Shown here in pieces: positions 15,240 to 27,900 of a DNA stretch of 64,000 bases. Numbering within the stretch: the stretch's first letter is position 1; every line of letters begins with the position of its first letter. The notes below the pieces were generated by a model. It searched no databases. It saw nothing but the letters and a program-made list of their open reading frames with translations, and had not been told where the DNA came from. The translations under genes and the position numbers were made by a program. The stretch covers positions 11,604,698-11,668,697 of the forward strand of contig OZ037765.1 of the NCBI GenBank assembly GCA_964035545.1, read 5' to 3'. Origin of the DNA: Bugula neritina. Lineage: Eukaryota; Animalia; Bryozoa.

Positions 15240-15936
15240 TAACTAAAATTTTTATATATATCCAGTTCCTTTGTTAATTAAATGTGCTGAAACACTCAAG
15301 TTGGTACCTTCAGGCACAAACATTCTACTTGTGCAATTTCTGTAGTCATAAAATAATATTTATATTGTTGAAATTTATAATACAAATATTGTCAAATGCT
15401 GTTTTTTTAGTATGAATCGCCAACTTATTATACTTTGATGGTTTTCTTGTTACAATAGTTCAAACGATTCAAATTTGATAAAAAGTCACATGAAAACAAT
15501 ATCTGGTAAATGTACAACTCTTTATCTAAAAGAACTCTTTCAGTAAACTCTCCTGCAGAAAAAAACCTTTTAGATGATTCCCTAGGCTAAAATATTGCAA
15601 ACTTAGCAATAGTATTCTTTTGAAACCTTTTTTGTAAAATAGTACTATATTAGTAAATTCAAAGAGAAATTTTACCTACTTTTTTTACAATCTAGCACAT
15701 CGATGATCGAAAAATTAAAGATAATTTTCAAATAGGGGTCATAAAGTTTGTTGTTAATGCTGAAAATATTTGGATTGAATGTTTTAGTCTGCAACAAACT
15801 GTTTAAAACCCTTTAAGAAACAGTCTGAATATTTAGCGAGTTGAAATAACAAATAACTAAAATTAAATCTTTTTAAGTTTTTGTCCTATTTTTGTAGAAA
15901 TAGGAGGAATTTGAGAAAAAGTCGTTTACCAACACC

Positions 15937-18900
15937 ATGGCTGTTCTTACACAGTTTTACTTACTTTTGTATAAAAACTTCAAACTTCAGATTAGAAAAA
16001 AACTGGTTACCGTTATTGAGGTTTTGATACCTGTGCTATTATGTCTGGTTATGGTTTCATTACGTTCACTCATTGATGTTAACACATTTCCTAATGCAAC
16101 AACCTTTCCACCATACTCTGTTGACACACTACCATATAGTAAAAGTCCTTTTCTACTACTTACTAATGGATTAGCATACACTCCTGATACACCAATCACA
16201 AAGAATATAATGACTGGTGTTGCCCAAAGTTTAGGCATACTATCTAAGTATGGTTAGTATGTTTATTTTAATTGCTCTTTTAAGACAGTGCAAGTTGAAA
16301 TCTCCTTAGTTGTTTGCTGTAAATATACACATTATTCTGCCCAACGATAAATATATATGACAAATTATTTCAGGCTTGCGTTTTTTTAGATATTAAAGCT
16401 GTTAAAGATGAAGAGGAATTAGTGAAACTTTTCTCAACTAATGACACTGTTGAAAAAACCTATCTTGCTGGTGTGGTATTTGACGATCCATTGAGTTATA
16501 CTTCTGGAATTCCTCTTAATATTTCTTACACAATCAGGTATTAATTTAACTATACGCATACAGTATTTGCACCATTTCCCACCTTACCCATTTTAGTCCC
16601 TGTGGGTGATCATATGGTATCCATCCACCAATGTTTAACTCTTCCTCTCTTTTTTTTGCCTCCAACACTAATGTTGCTAATTCTCTTTTCTTCTGCACAC
16701 ATATTCAAACCATTCTCTTCTTCATCAACAAGATTACTGGTTTTGTTCCTGCTATGTCTCGGATCCCCTTGTTTCTTTTGTGATCTTCCAGACCGATGCT
16801 ATGGATGTAACGCAGCATTCTCATTTCTATGAAACAGACTCAACGTTCTAGGTGCTGTGTCAATGGTTATATCTCCTTTCCTTATAACAATGCTGGTGGG
16901 ATATTTCATATTGTTGCAACTTTCTTGTCACACAACATGCCAGTTAGATCTCTTCATTTGTACCATGTCGTCTCTATTCTTATCTTCACCAAGATATATA
17001 AATGATGTTGTTTGTAGGGGCTCAGCATATTTCTTATTGTACTTTTTATCCTCCGCTGTGTTAGCAACTGGTACCAGGCGTTCAGTTTTTGTTCTACTCA
17101 GCTTAATACCTCATTCTTCCTGATGTTCTCTCCACAACTCTAGCCTTTCCTCCATGTTTCCCGCATTCCTGTCACACAGAACTAAATCGTCTTCAAGCAG
17201 CATTGCCTATAAGACTGTCTCTCTTATTTCATATATACAGTATAAATGGCCTACTAATTATTTGGACTGTCATGCAAAATTATTATTGCTTTTTAAATGT
17301 GGTTAATAAAATAGCTTACTATAATATTTTTTGTTAATAAATATGCTTTTATAGTTGGCAGTTGAGAATTTAAAGATTTTTGTCACCAACATTTTTTTTA
17401 AATCATAAGAAAACCCGAGATTTGCTGTGTGTTTAACATAGAGACACACTTTTTATGACATCTTTGCAGTTTATAAACATCATGTTGGTTTGAGTTAGTA
17501 AATATTAAGACTCTAATGAAATAAAAAAAATGTTAAGCAGCAAACAATTTTTAGTATTAAAATGTGTTAATATTTTAGTTGATGTAAAAATATGTTTACA
17601 ATAGTTGTTTGATACTATGTTTTGCTTTATTTTTCTCTCAAACTTGCTTTAGCTATAACAAATAATTTGTCTAATCGGTATAGAATGATTTTTATTTATG
17701 TACGATTGAATTTTTTGACACTGTCTTTATTGAAAATATATATTTTTACAGGCCATCATATAGTCCTAGAAATGAAAGTTTTAGCTTTAGCTTCCTCAAT
17801 AGCTGGTTTACCCAGTATCTGTTTGTCCCATTTGACTTGCCTGGTCCTAGAGATAAAAGCAAGGTTTATGGGGCAGCGCCAGGTATCTTGTTTTGTCTTA
17901 TTCAACTTACGAATTAAATTAAACAGGGTAGTCGGACATGAACTGTATATTTACATATATAATTACACTTGTAATAAATACATGCATTTTCTTTAGCTAA
18001 ATATTTTGTAAGAAAATCCGAGGCGTATTTATTTGGAAAATGAAGGAATGCTGACTTTGGATAGTTACGTTAGATAACTAAAAAATTTAGATATCTGCTT
18101 TTGTGAATTACTAACTCATTTGTTAATGCTGCAGGTTACTATGCCGAAGGATTTCTCACTCTGCAACGTGCCATTCACAAAAGTGTTATTTCAACACTGA
18201 ACTCTTCAGCTGCTGCAAGCTTGAGGAACTACGAAACAAAGATGGAGCGGTTTCCATATCCCCCATACACTGATGACCTGTTTCTCACAATTATTCAGAA
18301 CAACTTTCCTTTCTTCATTATGCTGTGCTTTATATTTTTCTCTCTAATGATTCCTAAAGAGGTTACTCTCGAAAAAGAAAGACGGTTGAAGGTAACCTCA
18401 AATTTTTCATTTTAGACACTAACAAGTCTAAACAGTTTGTCTTAGCCCATTTATGGCTGACTGCCTGCAGCATTTACTGTTGACTAAAGAAAGTTCTGTT
18501 TCATTAGGAATCCATGAAGATGATGGGAATGTCTAACTGGCTGCAATGGCTGTCTTGGTTTACCAAATTTTTCCTATTTGTACTCTGCACCACTTTTCTG
18601 ATGAGCTTCATTTTATGCCCTCCATTCAAAGTATGTAATACTTTACTTTCATATTATATTTATTTTACTTTGCTGTTAAATTAAAATTTAGTTTATTTCT
18701 TACTTTGGTAGCAATATTATGTATTTGGCTCTGTCTTGTTGTTTTAGGTTCCAGCCAAAATTAGTGTGTTCACCGTGTCAAGTTTCACACTGGTGTGGTT
18801 TTTCCTTTTGATGTACTCTGTTGCTATGATCTGCTTTGCTTTCATGATTAGCGTCTTCTTTAGTAAAGGTAAATTTTTCTTTGAAAAGTAATAAGATTGA

Positions 18901-21900
18901 AGAGTAATAAATTTAAGATCTTCACGCAATTTCTATGTTGTGATTGAGCAGAAATTAGTTTATGTCATAGTATTTTATTAGTATTCTAAACCTGTTTTGT
19001 ACCTGATAAATCAGGTTGATGTTAATAGTAATAGTTAATTCTGCTTTCGTTGAATTATAATCGGGCTCCAATTATTTTCATGACCAATTTGCTATTTCTA
19101 GTTTTATTAACATATAAAACGTTAAATTAATATCAACTGACTTTGATAAACGTGATGCTTTTAAGTAGTACTTACCTTGTGTTATAGCAAACTCGTCAGC
19201 CGCTGCCGGAGGTATCTTGTTCTTCTTGAGTTACATACCTTTTAGTGCCATTGCTAATAACTATGGTAATCTTTCTGCAAATGTGAAACTTAGCACCAGT
19301 TTAGACTTTAATTTGGCAATGTGCTACGGAATGGTACTGTTGGGAAAATTTGAAGGAACCGGTAAGCTAATGGACTTTTTGATAAAATATTGTTATAGAT
19401 ACTTTATACTGCTTACAGTGTTTCCAGGCTTTCAAAGCCTACTGATTTGTTTTGTCAAAATTCTGAAGCTCGCAAAATATGCCAAGCCCAATCATAATTT
19501 TACTAATTGTTTCCCTTATAATTGCTAATATGTTTACTGTATGTGTTAATGCAATGCTCATCTTTTTGAGTGTCACACCATCACTGGTCCAGTCAGTTTA
19601 AGCTTGTCACCCTAAACATTAAGAAATGCAATTGATCTAATCAATTCTCATGATTTGTTTTTCAGGTAATGCCTCTTACTAGCATTATCTCAGCTTAATT
19701 TCACGTTCCCTTGTCTGTGACTAGTAGTAATCTACTAAATAACTAGTAGCACCTATAATACTATACTATGCAGGAGTGTGTATACATTATGTTGTGTTTG
19801 TAGCAGACTTTCTCTACTGCAAAGTAACATGAGACTGACTGTTTTGAGTGAATGATATAATGTTTTAACCTTTTGTGGTCAGGTGTTGGAGTGCAGTGGG
19901 ACAATTTGAATCAACCTGTAACAGTTGATGACAATATTACATTCGGTCAGATCTTGTTGATGCTCTTCATAGACTGCGTTATATATCTCATTGTCATGTG
20001 GTATGTTGAGGCAGTTTTTCCTGGACCATATGGTATCAAACAACCTCCATATTTTTTTGTTTTGGTAAGTCATTTAATACAAAGTCGTCACCTACGAATT
20101 TCCATGTTTTTGCACTCTTATTTCAGACTCAAAAGGTGAAAGTCTTACAACTGCTTGCTATTATGACCTTGTTCTTTCTACATACAGCCCTCTTACTGGT
20201 GTGGAACAAGACAAAGAGTTGTGACTGGCAAGATCAATCCTGCTAGTGATGTAGATGATAGAGCCAACTATTTTGAAGACGAACCCCAACACCTAAAAGC
20301 TGGCATTCAACTTCAAGATTTGACCAAACAATATGCTTCAAATAAAAAGGTAACAGTAACCCACATAAAATTAAAGTGTACTTTAATGTTAGTCCATCAC
20401 ATTCATAGAGTCATGTGTGGCTATGTTAATTGTAGACTGCAGTAAACAAGCTGAGTTTGAACATGTATGATGGTCAGATAACTGCTCTGTTGGGACACAA
20501 TGGAGCTGGTAAAACAACTACAATGTTTATGCTGACAGGTAATTTTAAGATTGTAACACTGCATATTCCATGTCAGCGTCTGCTACGATCGAGTGTTAAG
20601 AAACTCGGTCACTTTGATGCCATGTAGACTCAATTTTGTGTTGAAGGATGTTGAAGTTATGACTTTAGCCTCAGGTGTTAAGTCTTGCTGTAAAAAGAAT
20701 AGTTAGGTTAGAACAAATGTTGAATTATTTGATTTCTCATAAAATGCGCTTGCTGTGGAACTATCCATCAGTGCTGGTTTACTACTTCAACAATGGCAGT
20801 AACATATTTATCACTTTGAAAATGTGGATAAAAGTGTTTGTTTTAAAACTAAGTTTTTTGCTCCTTTAGACAAGAAATTATCTATCTGTCAGACAATAAG
20901 AAATTTATATACTAATTATTTAATTTGTGTTAAAAGGTTTTTATCATTAATTATTATTATTTATTTGCTTTTGCTTGAGTATTGTGGGTCTAGCAGCAAC
21001 TGTTATATGTGAACGCTTTTCAAATGATTTAGTTATAGTTTTTAGAATGCTAGTGCTAGTTAATGTAAGTTCCTAATTATGACCTTTATCTGTCAATATT
21101 TGCTTCACTTATCTGAGTATGGGAGCTACACACTTGTCCTTATCTAGTGTTAGTTGCTACAGAGATATGGTTCAGTTTATAGCAACCTTCACTGTCCCCT
21201 CGTGATCTTTGATTGCAATCACATGTTACATTATGTTCGTTATACAACTATCAGTAACTCAATATGAATTGCTAGCTGCTCTGATTTACTGAATGTTAAA
21301 ACCTTTTACACCTGCATTTGATATATTTAACTTTTATCAAGTTAATGAAAGTATTGACATGATCTGTCCATATTTCAAATTGTAAACTTGTCTGTAAAAC
21401 CTTATTAGTTACACTAAATTTTATGAATGTGTCAGGATTTATCCCCCCTACAAGTGGTACAGCTCTAGTGAATGGATATGACATAACTAAAGATATATCT
21501 AGTGTCAGGTCAAGTCTTGGTCTCTGTCCTCAGCATGATATTCTCTTCGATACTCTCACTGTTGAAGAACATCTCTACTTCTTTGCTAAGGTGGGACATT
21601 TTAAAATGCCCCTAAATGAACATTTTTAATTAGTGTTGTAGGTTTTTAATAAAATGTAAAAAGTCACTTGCAAGTTTGTAAATTACTGTGCTTTTATCTA
21701 TGATTTAGTTTCAAATGTTGAGCAGTGTCATATGATACAAGCTAAAAGCTGATTATTTAAAACTAGTATTGTGAATTCATGTATGGCTTGATTTTTATGT
21801 TTTAGCTCAAAGGATGCCGTGGTAATAAAATCGTGACAGAAATAGACTACTATATCACAACCTTGGGTCTTGAGGAGAAAAGATTTGCATTCGCTTCTAC

Positions 21901-24900
21901 CCTTTCCGGAGGCCAAAAGCGGAGGCTCTCAGTTGGAATAGCATTGATTGGTGACAGCAAGGTATCTGCAGAATGTTCCTGCTTTTTACCATATTGCATA
22001 ATTTTAAATGCTGTTAATATTTTGGTTTACAAAGCTTCTGTAGACATGCTTAGATGTCTTCTATCATCCAACACAGTTGTATATTAAAGAAAAAGTGAGA
22101 CCTGCTAATTATCGCCAAAGAGTAACATACATGTGCGTAATGGGTATTTTTTAAATGTACAATTCACTGTAATTTGACTTATTTGCTGGCGGGAATATAC
22201 CAAATAATGCATTGCTATCGATTACTAATTTACTGTACAGAAACATCACTACCTATGAGTTAGTTATTTAAATCTATAGGTGTGCGAGAAATCAAATGAT
22301 GAGTAAATTTTTGACTGTTTGACACTCTATAGTCATGTGGATAAGATTGCTGATTTATTTCATCCTGACTAATGTTCAAATGTGTGATACAGCTCCTAGT
22401 TTGTTATTATTCTGGCCCCAGATAATTTACATCTGTTTTAATGTTTGCACGTGTTTGTAGATTGTGATTCTGGATGAACCAACATCTGGAATGGATCCGT
22501 CAGCCAGAAGACACATGTGGGACGTACTACAAGCTCAGAGAGCTGGTAGAACTATGATACTCTCTACACACTTCATGGATGAAGCTGATCACCTTGGGGA
22601 TAGAATTGCTATTCTTTCTGATGGAGTTTTAAAATGTTGTGGCAGTTCACTGTTTCTCAAGAAAAAATATGGTATGCATGTGAATATGACCGGACCAAAT
22701 GTGTATAACATGCTATGTATATAAACAGTTCCTCCTTGTTCATCTTAGTAATAATATATGTGTATATTCAGGAGCTGGATATCACATGGTTATGACTAAA
22801 GCTGATGGGTGTGATGTAGATAAGATTGGTGATTTACTAACCAGACATGTGCCGGAAGCCAAGCTAGAAAGTATGTCATAATCACATTACTACTGATCAC
22901 GTTTTATCTCATACTTTGCTGTATGTTGTGATAGCCTATATATTAATACTGCAGAAGTTTATCAGCAACCGCTGTGTTTTAATTCTCTCCATTAGTGTCA
23001 CAGTAATGATGGAAAACATTCACACAATTTCTTTCCTTGTAAGCTGAAAACTTTGTCTTTTCCAAAGACAAAAATTTGTTATTGAACATTTTTATTAGTA
23101 GATAAAATTTTAGCTTCATGTAAATTGTTTCTGAAAAAAAATGACTCACAAACAATCAATTGATTATTAAAACCGTCAAAGTTGTATGCCTTGTTGTTTG
23201 TTTTAATACTAAAATCTATCCATTATGGTTATCTGATGGGGATTGCTTCCAGAATTGATTGTTGAAAATACTAAACATAAATATCAGGTGTTTATAAACT
23301 GAGGTCCTTCTTTGTAGGCAACATTGCCGCTGAACTTTCTTATATATTGCCTGATGACAAAGTGTCTGCCTTTCCCGGAATGTTTGCTGAACTAGAACAG
23401 AGGAAAGATGATTTGGGTGTCCTTGGATTCGGTGCATCTGTAACTACTATGGAAGAGGTGTTTATGAAGTGAGTAATCTGACCAATACTTTGTCACGGTT
23501 AAGGCTCTGTAAGCGTTGCGGTTGTGGACACACCCACCAGTATTTCTTGAGGGATTTTGCCCTCCCTGTGCTGATGCTGGTCTATTCATCAATAAAGTTT
23601 ACTGCAAAATACTTTTGTTATTATAGACAATTTGTAGACTTGATTTTGTGTGTATGTTTGTACATTTGAATCGTGGTTTGTTTAGCTTAGTATATTATAA
23701 TGGTATAACATGATTGACTTTATTTTAACTGATTTTTGTGGTTTTTGAATAAAAATTATTTTCTGTCTTCATCGAAAATGTGAATTTTAATGAAAAATTG
23801 TTTAAAACAATTTGATCATTAATTTGGTTCGTAGAAGTGTGTGTTGTGTGCTATTCTAGAATTCTTCTTATAATATTAGGGTCGGAGAATCGGAGGCTTC
23901 TGAAGATAGTGATACGGAGCCACCTGCTAATGGTAACTATGCACGCTTTGATAATACGATTGAAAATGGAGACTTTCAGGAAATGATGGGGAGATCTGTT
24001 TCAGGTACCACATGGGACAGATAAGTCTCATTTGTTTGCCACATAGTTTCATATCACAACATTAGCCCTTAATTACTAATTTTCATCGTTTAAAAGGTTA
24101 AAACTTTCGTTATTTTTTTCAATAATGTTTGTCCTTTATTTCATGAGTTTTAGTTCTAAATTTTGTTCTAAGTTTCCTGCAGTAAAATGCAGTAATTGCA
24201 CTCTAATATGAAAACTGGTGATATTTCTGAGGCAATAATTTGTGATTTTTTCTAGTGGCAGCGATGAGATTATCTGAGCCCTTTTAGATTCTGGTTGTAT
24301 CTCCAGTTCTTGTTTCAGGTGTAATTGTTGTGTTTTAGAAACACCTGTGACAATTAGAAGCGAAGGTATTGTGTACTCATTAATGTAGTGCCTAGCCAGA
24401 GTATCACTGTAACTAGTGATTCGTTATGGTGATATTGTGCTTCCGATTCAGTAAATCATGGCTCTTGTATATTGTACGTTATATAGCTCTTAGAAATTGC
24501 TAGCATGTTTGTTTGAAATCATCATTTCAGTTTGATCCATGTCATAATTTATGTTGCCTTTTTTTTAGCATATCTTTGGTATACTCTCTTTCATTTAATT
24601 GTATATAATTAAATAGTTATGTAAAGCTTCAAAGTTTTTTAAATTCTATAATTATTTAGTTTACTCATGAAAATTAATTATTAAAAAATCTACTATTAAC
24701 ATTATTTTTCGTACTGTAACTGGTGAAAATCACTATCTTTACAAAGATTTTATAAGACCAAAAATTTCATTAAGAAACTTTTTACGTTGGTTATCAATAA
24801 ATTCTCTATAGGCTTGTAATAGGCATCTTATTTACAAATATCGCAGAGCATGTTTAATCAAGTAATAGTTTTTAAGTGTTTTTCAACTGCCTACTAACTT

Positions 24901-27900
24901 GACTTGAGTAGATTTGGTTTTGGTAAACTTCACTTCCTTCTGTTGCAATCCTGTTTCATCTTGAAGTCCTGGTCTAAATTTGTTCTTAGAGTTTTACAAA
25001 TGGTATTGAATGATTATTTTAGTGTCTAGTTGCTGTCAAGTTGAGTTTGCTAGTGCTATTTTTGTCTGTTGAGTTACATATAGCACACAAATTAAATAGT
25101 CATGCTTTTTAGCTGGGTTTTTCATTTAGCTTCTTACTTAAATCACCATCTTCATCAATATATTTAAGCTACCAAAATATTAAATTTAGTGAAAAGATCT
25201 ACTATAGTGTGCCTTCACCTAACTTTTCATTCAATACTGTTTATGTCTTGTCTTTAATCAGTGACTCACGATACCGAAAAGAATGGAGGACTAACGCTTT
25301 TCACTCAGCAGTACAGAGCTATGTTAGTTAAACGGATGCTTTACACTCTGCGAAACATAAAGTTGACTGTGTCACAGATTGCTTTGCCTCTTCTGTTTAC
25401 TGCTATAACTATTGCCATCATGAAAACTTTGCCCGGTCAGGATGGTGAAGCTCCAAAACTGCCATTCAACTTAGACATGTATGGCAAAACCACGGTAAGT
25501 CTAGCCAGAATAGTTGTAATGAATCTGGTTGGTTAGTTTCTCCTTCTCCTTATCTTATGAACGCTTCATATATAATGTAATATTTGTATTGAGATCAGAG
25601 GCACTGGCAAACAATAAAGTATTATTTTGACTCTTGGGAAGTATTCTTATTGGCCTAGAAGTACACCATTACTATTGGAATAGTCATAGCAGGTCTAATT
25701 ATGTACTTCTAAAAGCTATCAATTTACCCCATATTGTTAATTATGTTCACTCCAAAGTATTACAAGACTATTACGTCAATCCTATTTTTTTTCTGTTATA
25801 GGAAATCTATAGCAAAGAGCCACCTTCCCACACTGGTGTATCTGTATCAGATGCATTCGGTCAGTCTTTCACATCTAGTCTTCAAACTCCAAAGCTGGTG
25901 AATAATCCCAGAGAAGAGATTTTGTCAATAGCCAAGGAGAGTATGAAGGTGGGTCCCCAAATTGTTTAATAGTAAATCATTTTGCAATATATTTGCTGCC
26001 TTTGCTACAGAGATCATCTCTATTTGTAGATCAAAGTATAATATAAATTAAAGTACATTGAAATATACATTTCTTTTTTACTTGTTGGTTTTGTATCATT
26101 ACATATCATATATTGAGGTTGATTTTGTTTTCGGTTTGGAGAATTGAAAATTTCTTGATGCAATAATAATATGAGCGTCTAGCATATTATTTTTAGTTTT
26201 ATTATATATATTTTGGTATTTACTATTTTAGAAATACAAGTTTGAAACAATTATGGCCATGGACTATGACTATAACCGAAATGAAGGCAATTCCAATGTG
26301 ACTGTCTACTTTAATGCTCAACCATATCACGGCGCAGCCACTGCACTGCTGCATGCTGACAACGCATTGCTAAAAGCACTTATCACTAATGACTCATATT
26401 CCTTTGCTGCTGCCAATCATCCTCTCCCACAGTCCTCTCTTGCCAAAATTCAGAGCACCGCCAGCTCTCCTTTTGACCCCGCGTCCTTTGCCTATTCTGC
26501 CAATATGATGTTTGGATTCTCTTTCGTTGCAGCTAGTTTTGTCGTGTTTCTCATTCAGGAACGTTTTAGGTAAGTTTCTTAATCTAACTAATAATTTGGG
26601 TTGTGGAGTTTCAGTTATATGCCTTTCTGGCATCATTAATGGCCATTACGAAGTCTAAAGATGGATTTTTCTCAGTAACTCTAAAATATATCTGTAGCAA
26701 ACGGTAGTGTTGAATTTACCTGTGGTCCTTGTGGTGTAATGGTTAGCATGCCTGCTTGCAAGCCGGAGGTCTTGAGTTCGAATCCCAGTGGGGGCAAAAT
26801 TATTTTATGCAAATGTGTTGGATTTTACAGGAAGATCAAGCACAGTCAGATTGTGAGTGGTGTGAAGTGGTACAACTTCTGGTTGTCTACCTTTACTTGG
26901 GACTTCATCAACTATCTGATACCAGCTTTACTTACAGTTTGCTTGTTTCCCATAGCAGACGTGAAGAATTTAGCAGGTAAAATACATGTTGAACTTTTAC
27001 TCCTCCCGTCATGTGTATAGGTGTGTAGTTTTATCATAAGCACCAGTCATAATTAATAATGGCATGTGTTGGTGCATATAGCAGTAGTTATGATTGGTTG
27101 CATAGGAACTTATAAAGAGTGAAATAAATTTCTTATCCGCTGAAGTTACTAGTGTCAAGGTAATTGCTAAAAGCTAAATATGTGACAAACACTGCCGTAT
27201 TTATATCTCTTATCTTAATTTGTAACTGATATTTATTTCTATTGGCTAATGTGGGCCTGCTGCAAAAATATACAAATAATCGGAAGCTACTGTTTATAAA
27301 ATAATCATATATGATAACGTAAATGAAGCATAGCAAACTGGTTTTAGTATTTTGTAAAATTGAAGCATTACTTTTATATTTTAGGCTAGAAAATCTAGGC
27401 ACTGTTTATTTAAAAATCCTCAAAAGATAAATTGTCTGCGTCACTATATGGGCACAATTATTTATTATGCGAAAAGTCATCATAATTGTAACACCAACTA
27501 ATCGATCTGCTGGAAATGTCCCCTCAGTCAAAAACTGCAAATTTATTTCTGTTTGCAACCGATTTCTAGTGTTTACTTAATTCTGTTAATTTTCTTGGGT
27601 TTCTCATATATACTTTTAGGCTTGTTATTTTTACCCTTTGATGCTACTCTGTTTCTTACACATGGTGTTCTTGCTTTTGCAGATGTATCTAATGGAAACA
27701 TGCAGCCCTTTTACCTCATAGTATTAATGGTAATGTTTGGTCTGGCCAGCTTACCAAATATGTATGCTTTACAGTATCTATTTACTGGAGCAGCTACGGG
27801 TTATGTAGTCACAGCTTTCTATAACCTTCTCACAGGTGAGTAAGATGGTATTATGCCTAGAAGCTGAAGCTCATGGTTACTACACTACCAACCATTGCAG

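Noticed and set aside
16602-17123. Plus-strand hydrophobic ORFs in intron 2
   Set aside because: They are the antisense reading of the RTE LINE fragment.
17883-17890. U12-type intron donor (GTATCTTG)
   Set aside because: It does not match GTATCCTT, no TCCTTAAC branch site was seen, and the equivalent intron in copy 2 starts GTACGA.
26725-26796. Functional tRNA-Ala/Cys gene
   Set aside because: The anticodon loop has 6 nt, the anticodon and T stems have mismatches, and the acceptor stem is mostly G:U pairs.
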